This document shows, one piece after another, positions 48,345-58,684 of a DNA stretch of 64,000 bases (position 1 is the first letter of the stretch; each line of letters starts with the position of its first letter). The position numbers and the translations under genes are program-made. A model generated the notes under the pieces. The model searched no databases, was not told the origin of the DNA, and saw only the letters and a program-made list of their open reading frames with translations. Source of the stretch: Gemmatimonadota bacterium (GTDB lineage Bacteria > Gemmatimonadota > Gemmatimonadetes > Palauibacterales > KS3-K002); assembly GCA_039586795.1 (NCBI GenBank), contig JBDHJS010000016.1, positions 1-64,000 of the forward strand. The letters run 5' to 3'.

Positions 48345-49619
48345 ATGAGCACATTCGTGGTCGAAGGAGGGCAACCGCTCAGCGGGCATATCAAGCCGGC
48401 CGGGAACAAGAACGCCGCGCTCCCGATGATGGCAGCCGCGCTGCTAACCGAGGAGCCGGTGCGGCTGGATAACGTTCCGCGCATTCGGGACGTCCATACG
48501 ATGCTCGATCTGCTGAATCGGCTCGGTGTGAAATCAGAATGGACTGGCCCCGGTGCTCTGACGTTGCAGGCGGCGGACGTGGAGGCGGCGGCCCTTGAAG
48601 CCGGGCTCACGGCCCAGATTCGAGCATCGATCTTGCTGGCTGGGCCGATGTTCGCCCGGACCCACCACGTGCAGCTGCCGCCGCCGGGCGGCGATGTGAT
48701 CGGCCGGCGCCGCCTCGATACTCACTTCGATGCGCTGCAGAAGCTGGGCGCGGAAGTAGAGCTGGGCGACCAATTCGTGCTCAGGGGCAAGCCGCGAGCC
48801 GCCGATGTGTTCCTTGACGAACCGAGCGTCACCGGCACGGAGAACGCCCTAATGGCGGCCGTGCTAGCGCCCGGAACGACGACCCTCAGGAACGCCGCTT
48901 CAGAGCCACACGTCCAGGACCTGTGCAAAATGCTCAACGCGATGGGCGCGGGTATCGAGGGGATCGGAACGGGTGAGTTGAGGATCGAAGGCGTGGAGCG
49001 GCTCGGTGGCGCCAGCGCACGGATCAGTCCCGATCACATTGAAGTAGGCTCGTTCATCGGTCTTGCCGCGGTGACACGCAGCGATCTGACTATTGCCGAC
49101 GTGGAGCCCAGTCACCTGATGAGCATTCGGCTCATGTTCGAAAGATTGGGCATCTACTGCGTCTTGAGCGACAACGAGCTTCGCGTGCCTGCCGAGCAGT
49201 CGCTCGAGATCTGTATGGACGTCGGCCAGCAGATCCCGAAAATCGATGATGGGCCGTGGCCCCACTTCCCGGCCGACCTGACCAGTATCGCGCTGGTCGT
49301 GGCCACCCAATGTCGAGGTACGGTGCTTATCCATGAGAAGATGTTCGAGTCGCGCATGTTCTTCGCTGACAAGCTGTCGGCGATGGGCGCCCGCATCGTC
49401 ATCTGTGATCCGCACCGCGCGGTAGTCGTCGGGCCCACCACTCTGCACGGTTCGGTTGTGGAGAGCCCGGACATCCGGGCGGGCATGGCGATCCTCATCG
49501 CCGCGCTGGGCGCGGAAGGTCGCAGCGAGATCCACAACATCAAGCAGATCGAACGCGGATACGAGAGCATCGACGAACGGCTCCGCGCCCTCGGCGCGTC
49601 CATCGAGCGGATAGAGTGA
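48345..49619 (+). CDS. murA: UDP-N-acetylglucosamine enolpyruvyl transferase
   Basis: KNAALP, RASIL, PGGDVIG, SVTGTEN, PDIRAG, IERGYE. Confidence 0.95.
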   Translation: MSTFVVEGGQPLSGHIKPAGNKNAALPMMAAALLTEEPVRLDNVPRIRDVHTMLDLLNRLGVKSEWTGPGALTLQAADVEAAALEAGLTAQIRASILLAGPMFARTHHVQLPPPGGDVIGRRRLDTHFDALQKLGAEVELGDQFVLRGKPRAADVFLDEPSVTGTENALMAAVLAPGTTTLRNAASEPHVQDLCKMLNAMGAGIEGIGTGELRIEGVERLGGASARISPDHIEVGSFIGLAAVTRSDLTIADVEPSHLMSIRLMFERLGIYCVLSDNELRVPAEQSLEICMDVGQQIPKIDDGPWPHFPADLTSIALVVATQCRGTVLIHEKMFESRMFFADKLSAMGARIVICDPHRAVVVGPTTLHGSVVESPDIRAGMAILIAALGAEGRSEIHNIKQIERGYESIDERLRALGASIERIE

Positions 49620-50356
49620 CGCTCGAGCACGACGTCACGCTCCACGGATTGCGGATCTTTAGACAGGCCCACTGGACGGAGCGCTTTCCGAGCCTCATTC
49701 AGGGAACCACCGCGCGCCTCCCCGATCACGCTCAGACCTCAACTGAATCCGAAGGACCGTCCGAGGACGAAGGATGGGAGGTGCTGGCGGCAGCGTTCGG
49801 GTTCGAGCGGATCGCCAGGTGCCATCAAATACACGGCCGTGACGTGGTGGTCTTGGACGCCGGCCTTCCAGACACGGTGAACACGGTCGGTGATGCCGAT
49901 GCCATCGTCGCGGACCGGGAGGGTATTCTCCTAGCCGTCACCGTGGCCGATTGCGTTCCCGTCTTCTTCGTCGATCCGGGTCTCCGCCTTCTCGGGCTGG
50001 TCCACGCCGGCTGGCGGGGCACCGCGGCGGGAGTGGTGGAGGCCGCGCTGGGGACGCTCGAGACCTTGGGCGCCGATCCGCGGACGTTGAGCGTCCACCT
50101 CGGCCCGGCAATATGTGGAAAATGTTACGAAGTTGGTCCTGAAGTCCGGGAGGCCCTGGGCATAGAGAGCGCCCAGAGTCGGACCGTGGATCTGCGGGCG
50201 CACATCGTGGAGGCAGCGGTCACGGCGGGTGTGGATCGGCGCCTGGTGACGACGTCATCTGCTTGTACCCGTTGCAGTTCGGGGGATTTCTACTCGTACC
50301 GAGGGGGTGATCGAGGGCAGCGAAACATAGCCTTTCTGGGTTGGCCTCCCGGTTGA
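49616..50356 (+). CDS. pgeF: YfiH/PgeF laccase-domain protein
   Basis: HQIHG, VADCVP, HAGWRG, FYSYR. Confidence 0.9.
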   Translation: MTLEHDVTLHGLRIFRQAHWTERFPSLIQGTTARLPDHAQTSTESEGPSEDEGWEVLAAAFGFERIARCHQIHGRDVVVLDAGLPDTVNTVGDADAIVADREGILLAVTVADCVPVFFVDPGLRLLGLVHAGWRGTAAGVVEAALGTLETLGADPRTLSVHLGPAICGKCYEVGPEVREALGIESAQSRTVDLRAHIVEAAVTAGVDRRLVTTSSACTRCSSGDFYSYRGGDRGQRNIAFLGWPPG

Positions 50357-50381
50357 TTTCCCTTTCGACCGCATCTATATT
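50353..50381 (+). promoter_or_regulatory. Sigma-70 promoter for rimP-nusA-infB
   Basis: TTGATT-17-TATATT. Confidence 0.65.
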
Positions 50382-50410
50382 TGCTACCGCAGTTGGGGGC
50401 CGAAGCTACA

Positions 50411-50464
50411 GGCCGCAAGGCCGTTTTCAGTAGTGGGGAAGCAGTACAGCCCCACTTTTTTATT
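50411..50464 (+). promoter_or_regulatory. rimP leader with attenuator-like hairpin
   Basis: GGCC-GCAA-GGCC hairpin, then AGTGGGG...CCCCACT followed by a T tract. Confidence 0.7.
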
Positions 50465-50519
50465 GCCTGTCGGCAAGCCGAAGGCGCCAGAAAACGGATG
50501 GTTAGGAGAGCACAGCCCC

Positions 50520-51038
50520 ATGGACGAGCAGCTGGAACAAGTTGCTGAGACGGTGCTCGGTCAGCTGGGGTACGAATTGGTCGATCTGGAGAGGGCGGGT
50601 CAGCGCGCCCGGCCGATACTGCGATTGCGTATAGATCGGATCGATGCTGAGCCGGGCCAGGGCGTCACTGTTGATGAGTGCGCGCGAGTGAGTCGCGAGC
50701 TCGAAGCGGCGCTCGAGGAGCGGGAAGACCTGGAATCCAGCTACATCCTGGAGGTCTCATCGCCGGGCGTGGACCGGCCGCTACGCAAGCTGCGCGATTT
50801 CGAGCGCAGCGTGGGTCGTGACGTGGCGATCCGGGGTTACGGGCCGCTAGCGGGCGGTTCGAAGCGGTTGGAAGGTGCGCTGCTGGCGGTGGAAGGAGCC
50901 GCGGGTTCTGAGATCCTGCGGTTGAAGACGGGCGACGGCACGGAGGTCGAGGTACCGCTGTCCGCGATCGCGAAGGCGAATCTGGTGTTCAACTGGGACG
51001 AGTTCGACTTCGGCAGTGCGCGGTCGCAGAAGGGCTAG
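50520..51038 (+). CDS. rimP: Ribosome maturation factor RimP
   Basis: VTVDECARVSR, YILEVSSPGVDRPL. Confidence 0.96.
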   Translation: MDEQLEQVAETVLGQLGYELVDLERAGQRARPILRLRIDRIDAEPGQGVTVDECARVSRELEAALEEREDLESSYILEVSSPGVDRPLRKLRDFERSVGRDVAIRGYGPLAGGSKRLEGALLAVEGAAGSEILRLKTGDGTEVEVPLSAIAKANLVFNWDEFDFGSARSQKG

Positions 51039-51107
51039 TCGTTCGGCGGAGACGAATACAGCCCCGGAAGGAACGGGGAGAGGATTAAGAGGAGAGATGG
51101 AGTAGCA

Positions 51108-52682
51108 ATGGGCAACGCGGCACAGGTTCTGGAAGCTTTTCGAGTGATGACGGCTCACAAGTCGTTGTCGCGCGACGAGCTGCACGACTTGATCAAAGAT
51201 GGCCTCCATGCTGCCCTGGCGAAGCGCTACGGCGCGAATGTGCAGGCTGAGATCACGATCGACGAAGAGAAGGGCAACATAAACATTGTCGTTCTCAAGG
51301 AAGTCGTCGAAGATGTAGCCGACTCGTCGCGCGAAGTGAGCGTCACGGAAGCTCGCTGGGACGATCCGGACTTTGAAGTCGGGGATCTTCTGGAGATCCC
51401 CGTTGATTTCGCCGATTTCGGTCGCACCGCGGTTCTGGCCGCGAAGCAGCGGATCATCCAGCGCGTCAGAGAGGGAGAGCGAAATCGGATTCGTGAGGAG
51501 TTCACGGACAAGATCGGTGAGCTTCTGTCTGGAGAGGTCCAGGCGATCGAGCGTGGCAAGCTGGTGGTGATGCTCAACATGCTCCGCGAGGCCGAGGCGA
51601 TCATTCCGTGGCGCGAACAGAACCCGCGGGAGCGGTTCCGCCAGGGCGAGCCGATCCGCGCTGTGTTGAAGAAGCTAGAGGAGACGCCGAAAGGACCGCG
51701 CTTGATTCTCTCGCGGGCCGATCCGGGTTTCGTGGCGGCGCTGTTCAAGCTCGAGGTGCCAGAGATCTATCAGGGCGTGGTGAAGATCATCGACATCGCC
51801 CGCGAAGCGGGCGGACGAACGAAGATCGCTGTCGTCTCCAACGATGACTCGATCGATCCAGTCGGCGCCTGCGTGGGACTCAAGGGGTCGCGAGTTCAGG
51901 CGGTGGTCTCTGAGATGAGCGGCGAGCGGATTGATATCGTGCCGTGGCACCCGGACCCTGAGATCTACGCCAAGCGCGCGCTGGCTCCGGCCAAGGTTGC
52001 CAAGGTTATCTCCGATCAAGAGCGCAAGGTGATCACGGCGATCGTCGACGAGGATCAGCTTTCTCTGGCGATCGGACGCAACGGTCAGAACGTACGTCTG
52101 GCTTCGCAGCTCATCGGCTGGCAGATCGACCTGTACTCGAGCCGTGAGTGGATGGAGCGCGGCGCGGAGAGCGCGCTGTTCCGCGGCGAAGAAGAATATG
52201 AAGGTGCGGCGGACTTCTCGCTAAGCGAGCTGGACATTCCAGCCGCTTTGCTGGCCGCCCTTGATGAGGCCGGGTACAACACGTTCATGGACATCATCGA
52301 CCTCGAGAAAGAGGAGTTCATGCGGATCCAGGGTGTGGGACCCGACGAGGCCGATGTGCTGGTCAAGCTGATCGAGGAACTTACGGTCGTCGAGGAGCCG
52401 ACCGAGCTATCGTCCGATGTGCCACCGGACGCTACGCCGGTCGCGAGCGGCGGGCCGTTGAAGGACGACGAAGAGGAAGAGGAAGAGGAAAAGGAAGAGG
52501 CCGAAGCCACGGAAGCGACGGAGGCGTCTGTTGGGCCGGTTGAGCCCGAAGAGCCGAGCGCGGAGGAAGAGGCGACGGCAGACGTGGAAGCTGTGCTCGA
52601 TGCGACCGAGGAAGACGAAGCGGTAGAGGAAGAGGTAGAAGAGGTCGCGGCAAAGAAGAGTGAGCCAGAAGGCAGTATCTGA
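51108..52682 (+). CDS. nusA: Transcription factor NusA with acidic tail
   Basis: FGRTAVLAAKQ, DPVGACVG, LAIGRNGQNVRLA. Confidence 0.97.
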   Translation: MGNAAQVLEAFRVMTAHKSLSRDELHDLIKDGLHAALAKRYGANVQAEITIDEEKGNINIVVLKEVVEDVADSSREVSVTEARWDDPDFEVGDLLEIPVDFADFGRTAVLAAKQRIIQRVREGERNRIREEFTDKIGELLSGEVQAIERGKLVVMLNMLREAEAIIPWREQNPRERFRQGEPIRAVLKKLEETPKGPRLILSRADPGFVAALFKLEVPEIYQGVVKIIDIAREAGGRTKIAVVSNDDSIDPVGACVGLKGSRVQAVVSEMSGERIDIVPWHPDPEIYAKRALAPAKVAKVISDQERKVITAIVDEDQLSLAIGRNGQNVRLASQLIGWQIDLYSSREWMERGAESALFRGEEEYEGAADFSLSELDIPAALLAALDEAGYNTFMDIIDLEKEEFMRIQGVGPDEADVLVKLIEELTVVEEPTELSSDVPPDATPVASGGPLKDDEEEEEEEKEEAEATEATEASVGPVEPEEPSAEEEATADVEAVLDATEEDEAVEEEVEEVAAKKSEPEGSI

Positions 52683-52995
52683 GGCGGCCAACCGCCTGCA
52701 GGGCAGTATAGGACTCGCCGCTCGTGCGGGGCGCATCAAGGTTGGATACGATGCCGTCACGGCGGCGGTGAGGGACGGTGCAGCATTCGCGGTAGTCGTT
52801 GCGGGGGACGCGCCGGAAGATGTGAAGAACAAGCTGGAACGGTTCCTTACGGCGCATGACGTGCCTTTCCGGGTCGTTCTGGATGGCGATCGATTGGGTC
52901 GATCGATTGGTCGAGAGCGGTCGATCGCACTGGCGATCACCGACGGCTCGCTGGGCCGGCGAGTGATCGAGTTGGCAAAGGAACTGGAAGGTTAG
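52660..52995 (+). CDS. ylxQ: L7Ae/YlxQ family RNA-binding protein
   Basis: IGLAARAG, VVVAGDA, LGRSIG; between nusA and infB. Confidence 0.85.
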   Translation: MSQKAVSEAANRLQGSIGLAARAGRIKVGYDAVTAAVRDGAAFAVVVAGDAPEDVKNKLERFLTAHDVPFRVVLDGDRLGRSIGRERSIALAITDGSLGRRVIELAKELEG

Positions 52996-53016
52996 CGAAA
53001 GGAAGAGGAAGCACCC

Positions 53017-55635
53017 TTGGCGAAGATGCGGGTATACGAGCTGGCGAAGGAGTTCGAGACCACGAGCGAGGCTGTCATACACCTCCTTCGTGAGATGGAT
53101 ATCCCCGTCCGCAGCCACATGTCCACTGTGGACGATGGGCAGGTCGCCCGGGTGCGCACGCGCTTGGAGCGGGATAAGCGCCGGCCGGAAAAGGATGCGA
53201 AGGGCGAGGCTGGCGGACGACGACGGCGTCGGCGTCGTGTCGTCGAGAAGCCGGCCGAGCCTGTAGTGGCTGTGGTCGAGCCCGAAGAGGTCGTTGAGGA
53301 AGAGGTTCCGGAAGTCGTGGAACCGGAAGTTCCCGCGAAGCCTCTGTTCCCGGACGAGGTCGAAGAGACCGTCGCTCCGGCTGCGTTCGAGGAGCCTGTA
53401 GTCGAACGCGTGGCGCCGTCGCCGTTTATCGACGACCAACCTGAGGCACCGGCGCCGGTGGCTCCAGCGGAGGAGCCCGAGGTAATAGAGGAACCTGAAG
53501 AAGAGCCCATTGCGGCGGAGCTGGAGGAAGAGATCGCCGAGCCACCGCCGCCGCCAATACCTGTGTTGAGACAACCCGTGGCGTCGACCGAGGAGCCGGC
53601 CGAGGCGGGCAAGGCCGCGGCGGGTGTGGTTCGAATTCAGGCCGAGGGTTACACGTTAGATGGTCGGCGTCGACGCCGGGGCCGTAAGAAGAAGAAACGG
53701 GCCCATGTGGACAAGGAGGCGGTGGCCGAGAACATCAAGAAGACTCTGGCCAAGATGGAGGGCGCCACACCGACGCGCCGTCGACGTCGCGATGTGTCGG
53801 AGCGCCTCGAGCGGGAGGCTGCGGAGGCGGAACGGCTGGCCGAGGAAGAAGCGGCGACGGTTCGTGTGCCCGAGTTCTTGACGGTTGCGGAGTTGGCCGA
53901 CCTGATGAACGTGGCGGCGAGCGAGATCATCACGGGCGCGTTCAAGAACCTTGGGTTGATGATCACCATCAATCAGCGACTCGACTTCGACCAGATCGAG
54001 CTGATCACCGGCGAGCTCGGGTTCCGTGCGCTTCGTGAGGACGAGTACGACGCCGATGTGATCGCCGATGTCCAGGAGGCGGATCCGGGTCGACTCGAGC
54101 TGCGGCCACCGGTGGTTACGGTGATGGGTCACGTCGATCACGGGAAGACGTCTCTGCTCGACCACATCCGAAAGACCAACGTGATCGCTGGCGAAGCTGG
54201 CGGAATCACCCAGCACGTTGGTGCCTACCACGTCGATGTGGACGACGAGCGAAGCATCACTTTCCTCGATACTCCGGGTCACGCGGCGTTTACCGCCATG
54301 CGAGCCCGCGGCGCGGACGTGACGGATATCGTCATTTTGGTCGTGGCAGCTGACGACGGAGTCATGCCGCAGACGAAGGAGGCGATCAGTCACGCGAAGA
54401 ACGCCGGTAAGCCGATCATCGTGGCGGTCAACAAGATCGACCTGCCGTCCGCCAACGCGATGAAGGTGAAGCAAGAGCTGCTCGAGCACGAAGTAGTGAT
54501 CGAGGAGTTCGGCGGAGAGGTTCTGGCGTCCGACATATCCGCCAAGGCCGGTGAAGGCGTCAGCGATTTGCTGGACAAGGTGCTATTGCAGGCGGAGATG
54601 CTGGAGCTCAGGGCCGATGCCGGGCTCGCAGCCCGTGGAACGGTGATCGAGGCCGAGCTCGACAAGGGTATGGGCCCCGTGGCAACGGTTCTGATCACCG
54701 AAGGCACGCTCGCCATCGGCGACGGATTCGTGTGCGGCGTCCACGCGGGCCGCGTGCGCGCGCTGCTCGACGAGCGAGGCCATAACATCGAATCCGCTGG
54801 CCCCGGCATGCCGGTGCGAGTGCTCGGGTTCGAAGGTGTTCCTCAGGCGGGCGACAGCTTGCTCGTCCTGGACTACGAGCGGGCGCGCGAGATTACCGGC
54901 AAGCGGCAGCAGATCGAGCGGGAGAAGGAGTTCCGACGGAAGAGCCAGGTCGGACGGCTGGAGGACATCTTCGAGGCGGTGCGAGCCGGGGAGAAGACGC
55001 AGCTTGCTCTCGTGATCAAGGGAGACACAGACGGTTCCGTGCAAGCGCTGTCGGACGAGTTGGAAGGGCTCTCTACCGAGGAGGTTGAGGTTAAGGTCAT
55101 TCACCGAGCCGTAGGCGCGGTGAATGAGGCCGACGTCCTGCTCGCCCAGACTTCCAGCGCGATCATTATTGGCTTCCACGTAAGACCCGACCGCAGAGCA
55201 CGCGAAGTAGCGGAGCGCGAAGGCGTGGACATTCGCTCCTATCGGGTCATCTACGAAGCGGTGGAAGAGGTGAGGGCGGCGCTCGAGGGTATGCTCGCGC
55301 CGGAAGAGAGGGAAGTGATCCTTGGGTCTGCCGAAGTACGCGAGCTGTTCCGAGTGCCGAAGGTCGGAAACGTGGCCGGGTGCTACGTGTCGGAGGGCGT
55401 TATCGATCGCAACTCGCGGATCCGCGTTCTCCGCGAACATGTTGTGATCTACGAAGGCAAGCTGGACAGCTTGAGGCGCTTCAAGGATGACGTGAAAGAA
55501 GTCCGGGCCGGATACGAGTGCGGCATGCACGTCGAGAACTTCAACGATGTAAAGGTCGGCGATATTCTCGAAGCGTTCCGGGTCGAACACGTTGCCCGCA
55601 CCCTGGATGGCGGCGTGGGGGCGCAGGTCGACTAG
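53017..55635 (+). CDS. infB: Translation initiation factor IF-2
   Basis: [29 protein letters not shown]. Confidence 0.98.
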   Translation: MAKMRVYELAKEFETTSEAVIHLLREMDIPVRSHMSTVDDGQVARVRTRLERDKRRPEKDAKGEAGGRRRRRRRVVEKPAEPVVAVVEPEEVVEEEVPEVVEPEVPAKPLFPDEVEETVAPAAFEEPVVERVAPSPFIDDQPEAPAPVAPAEEPEVIEEPEEEPIAAELEEEIAEPPPPPIPVLRQPVASTEEPAEAGKAAAGVVRIQAEGYTLDGRRRRRGRKKKKRAHVDKEAVAENIKKTLAKMEGATPTRRRRRDVSERLEREAAEAERLAEEEAATVRVPEFLTVAELADLMNVAASEIITGAFKNLGLMITINQRLDFDQIELITGELGFRALREDEYDADVIADVQEADPGRLELRPPVVTVMGHVDHGKTSLLDHIRKTNVIAGEAGGITQHVGAYHVDVDDERSITFLDTPGHAAFTAMRARGADVTDIVILVVAADDGVMPQTKEAISHAKNAGKPIIVAVNKIDLPSANAMKVKQELLEHEVVIEEFGGEVLASDISAKAGEGVSDLLDKVLLQAEMLELRADAGLAARGTVIEAELDKGMGPVATVLITEGTLAIGDGFVCGVHAGRVRALLDERGHNIESAGPGMPVRVLGFEGVPQAGDSLLVLDYERAREITGKRQQIEREKEFRRKSQVGRLEDIFEAVRAGEKTQLALVIKGDTDGSVQALSDELEGLSTEEVEVKVIHRAVGAVNEADVLLAQTSSAIIIGFHVRPDRRAREVAEREGVDIRSYRVIYEAVEEVRAALEGMLAPEEREVILGSAEVRELFRVPKVGNVAGCYVSEGVIDRNSRIRVLREHVVIYEGKLDSLRRFKDDVKEVRAGYECGMHVENFNDVKVGDILEAFRVEHVARTLDGGVGAQVD

Positions 55636-55652
55636 AAGCCTGACAGGCAGCT

Positions 55653-55934
55653 GTGGTCGTAAGCGTCATTGCCTGGGAACTGCATCTCGAGGGTTGCACT
55701 TCCCTGAAAGAGAAGCGGTCGATAATCCGCAGCCTTAAGGATCGGCTCCGCAACCGCCACAACGTGTCCGTGGCCGAGACCGACCACCAGAACACGTGGC
55801 AGCGGGCCGAGCTCTGCGCCGCACTCGTGTCGCCCGACCGGCGAATGGCCGAGCAAATACTTGGTCGTGTCGACGCCATGGTTGCCTCGGAGCCGCGCGT
55901 GCGGATCATCGACACGACGACCATCACATACTAG
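55653..55934 (+). CDS. ylxP: DUF503 protein
   Basis: SLKEKR, NVSVAE, WQRA. Confidence 0.9.
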   Translation: MVVSVIAWELHLEGCTSLKEKRSIIRSLKDRLRNRHNVSVAETDHQNTWQRAELCAALVSPDRRMAEQILGRVDAMVASEPRVRIIDTTTITY

Positions 55935-56025
55935 CGCCGGCCACGTCTCATGCTTCAAGTCCTATTCGCAGTTGGTTTCCCAGCAAAGCCAGGAAGGACG
56001 ACCGGCCCGACGGCTGTGCCATCTG

Positions 56026-56400
56026 ATGAGTAAGGAATACGCGCGAACCCAGAGAGTCGCGAAGCTGCTCAAAGAAGAGATCGCGCGGCTGCTGCAGCGC
56101 GAAGTCAAAGATGTACGCGTCGGCATGGTGACGGTGAGCGATGTAGATGTCACGCGGGACCTGAAATACGCCACGGTCTATGTGCAGGTCCCCGGCGATG
56201 CGGAACGCAAGGACCAGGCGCTCGAAGGATTGGCCAGCGCTGCCGGTTTCATGCGATCGCGCTTGGGTCGAGAACTGCGGGTGCGCCGGGTTCCCGAGCT
56301 TCGCTTCGAGGTCGATGAGACACAGGAGCGGGCGATGCGAATCCACGAGCTTCTCACTGAAATCGAAGACGGCGACGTCGAGGATGAAGGCGAATCGTGA
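56026..56400 (+). CDS. rbfA: Ribosome-binding factor A
   Basis: RTQRVA, VTRDLKYA, VPELRF. Confidence 0.95.
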   Translation: MSKEYARTQRVAKLLKEEIARLLQREVKDVRVGMVTVSDVDVTRDLKYATVYVQVPGDAERKDQALEGLASAAGFMRSRLGRELRVRRVPELRFEVDETQERAMRIHELLTEIEDGDVEDEGES

Positions 56401-57272
56401 ACCCGGTGGGACTGCTGCTGGTCGACAAACCGGAGGGCCCCACGTCTCACGATGTCATCGGCGACGTGCGAAGAGCGCTAGGCATTCGCAAGGTTGGCCA
56501 TACTGGAACTCTGGACCCGTTCGCCTCAGGGCTGATGATCCTCTGCCTCGGCTGGGCGACTCGGCTTGCTGAGTATCTGGTCGGGCTTCCCAAAGCGTAC
56601 CGGGCCGTGGCAAGGCTGGGAGCTTCTACAGATACCGATGACCGGACAGGGAGCGTCATCTCGACCAGCGAGGCATGGGATTCGCTGAGCGCTGATGATC
56701 TCCGGGCGGCCCTCAACGCCCAGGCGGGTGACATCGACCAGAAGCCGCCGGCCTACTCGGCGAAGAAAGTGGAAGGCCGACGGGCCTACGCCGCCGCTCG
56801 AGCGGGGGAAAACGTGGAGTTGCGAGCGCGGCGTGTGACGATCAGTCGCCTGGAGTTAGTAGAACTCGAGCCACCGGATGTGACGTTCGAGATCGAGTGC
56901 TCCAGCGGCACCTACGTTCGGGCTGTGGCCCGGGACCTGGGTGAGGCTCTTGGAGTCGGCGCGCATCTCACTCAATTGCGGCGCATGCGGGTCGGAGAGT
57001 ACTCCGTGGAAGACGCGATACAGGTGCGGAGCGATACGACGACGGGCGCGATCGAGCAGCACGTGCTACCGCCGCAGGCCGCCGTGGAACACCTGCCGCG
57101 GGCCGAGTTGAGCGCCGCCGGTTGTGAGGCGATTCGGAATGGCCGGTCCGTCGAATGGGAGACAGCCGCCACGGGTCCCGTCGCTGTGTTCTTCGAAGGC
57201 CAGTTGATCGCAATCGCCGAGCCGGCGAGCGGACAGCTGTTGCCCAGAAAAGTGTTCGGTGTAGCGGCCTGA
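56397..57272 (+). CDS. truB: tRNA pseudouridine(55) synthase
   Basis: DKPEGPTSHD, GHTGTLDP, GTYVR. Confidence 0.97.
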   Translation: MNPVGLLLVDKPEGPTSHDVIGDVRRALGIRKVGHTGTLDPFASGLMILCLGWATRLAEYLVGLPKAYRAVARLGASTDTDDRTGSVISTSEAWDSLSADDLRAALNAQAGDIDQKPPAYSAKKVEGRRAYAAARAGENVELRARRVTISRLELVELEPPDVTFEIECSSGTYVRAVARDLGEALGVGAHLTQLRRMRVGEYSVEDAIQVRSDTTTGAIEQHVLPPQAAVEHLPRAELSAAGCEAIRNGRSVEWETAATGPVAVFFEGQLIAIAEPASGQLLPRKVFGVAA

Positions 57273-57276
57273 CGTC

Positions 57277-58251
57277 ATGGGAGAGCCGACGATTCTGAAC
57301 GATTCACACGGACTACCGGCCCAGCTGAAGGGGTCGGCAATAACGGTTGGCACGTTCGACGGCGTGCACCGTGGCCATTGGTCTGTGTTGGACCGGCTTC
57401 AGCAGGTTGCTGAAGCCGACGGGCTGCTGAGCGTACTGGTCACCTTCGACCCGCATCCGCTGAAGATTCTTCGTCCCGAGGTCGCGCCGCAGCTGCTGAC
57501 CACCGCGAACGAGAAGAAAGAGATCCTTACGCTTTCGGGTCTGGACTACGCCATATTCCTCAACTTCAATCGCTCGCTGTCGCTCTATGAGCCGGAAGAG
57601 TTTGTGCGAGACGTTCTGCTCGGCCGGTTGGGACTGCGAAAGCTGGTCGTTGGCTACGACCATGGCTTCGGGCGTGATCGGAGTGGTGATGCGGATCTGA
57701 TCAAAGAGATCGCGGGTCGCTACGGCTTCGACGTGGAGGTGATGGGTCCGGTCCTGATGAACGCTGAGGCAATATCGTCGAGCCGGATCCGGGCGGCGGT
57801 GCACGCGGGTGATGTCGAGAAGGCGGCCAGGGGACTGGGCCGCCCGTATTCGCTTTCCGGCGTCGTCGTACATGGCGAAGGGCGTGGCCGCATTCTGGGG
57901 TTCGCGACGGCCAACGTCGCTATTAGCCAGGCGGACAAGCTCTTGCCACGCGAGGGGATCTACGCGGTGCAGGCGGCATGCCGGTCGCATATGGGGCCGG
58001 GCCTGCTCCACCTCGGCCCGCGCCCGACCTTTCGCGGCTCGCCTCCGTCCATCGAGCTCCACCTGCTCGATTTTGACGGTGATCTATACGGCCAGCAGGT
58101 GCGAGTCGAGTTGTTGACACGCCTGAGAGACGTTCAGCCGTTTGGATCGGCGGCCGAGCTGGTGGACCAGATGCGTCGTGACCGGGAGGAGGCGATCACG
58201 TTCTTCAAGCAGACCAAAGACCGCCTTTACAGGGAGGGCCGGTCGGAATAA
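57277..58251 (+). CDS. ribF: Bifunctional riboflavin kinase/FAD synthetase
   Basis: [23 protein letters not shown]. Confidence 0.96.
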   Translation: MGEPTILNDSHGLPAQLKGSAITVGTFDGVHRGHWSVLDRLQQVAEADGLLSVLVTFDPHPLKILRPEVAPQLLTTANEKKEILTLSGLDYAIFLNFNRSLSLYEPEEFVRDVLLGRLGLRKLVVGYDHGFGRDRSGDADLIKEIAGRYGFDVEVMGPVLMNAEAISSSRIRAAVHAGDVEKAARGLGRPYSLSGVVVHGEGRGRILGFATANVAISQADKLLPREGIYAVQAACRSHMGPGLLHLGPRPTFRGSPPSIELHLLDFDGDLYGQQVRVELLTRLRDVQPFGSAAELVDQMRRDREEAITFFKQTKDRLYREGRSE

Positions 58252-58289
58252 GTTTCACGGTCTATCTAGAGAAGGTAAACTGGAATACA

Positions 58290-58308
58290 GGGTCGCACAC
58301 GGCGACCC
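58290..58308 (+). promoter_or_regulatory. Hairpin in the rpsO leader (possible S15 autoregulatory element)
   Basis: GGGTCGC-ACACG-GCGACCC about 20 nt upstream of the start. Confidence 0.45.
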
Positions 58309-58328
58309 AGCGGGAGAGTACCTGTAGC

Positions 58329-58598
58329 ATGGTGATGACGACAGAAGCAAGAGACGAAATTGTCAAGAAGTATCAGAAGCACCCGTCCGATCGGGGCTCG
58401 ACGGCTGTGCAGGTTGCCCTGCTCACCCGGCGGATCTCGGATCTGACGGAGCACCTGCGTGAGCATCCCAAGGACCATCACAGCCGGCAGGGTTTGTTGA
58501 AGTGGGTAGGGAAGCGGCGGCGATTGCTGCGCTACCTCAACCGCATGAACCCGGAAGCTTACCGGCAACTCACCGCGGACCTTGGCCTGCGTGCGTAG
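58329..58598 (+). CDS. rpsO: 30S ribosomal protein S15
   Basis: [22 protein letters not shown]. Confidence 0.98.
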   Translation: MVMTTEARDEIVKKYQKHPSDRGSTAVQVALLTRRISDLTEHLREHPKDHHSRQGLLKWVGKRRRLLRYLNRMNPEAYRQLTADLGLRA

Positions 58599-58605
58599 CG
58601 ACTGA

Positions 58606-58634
58606 CCCCCCGACCTGATGGTTCGGGGGGCTTT
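58606..58634 (+). terminator. Stem-loop between rpsO and pnp
   Basis: CCCCCCGA...TCGGGGGG with a short CTTT tail. Confidence 0.55.
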
Positions 58635-58684
58635 CGATGCACGCGTTCCTCAATTCAACTTCAGAAGCTAGCAAAGCGGAGAAA

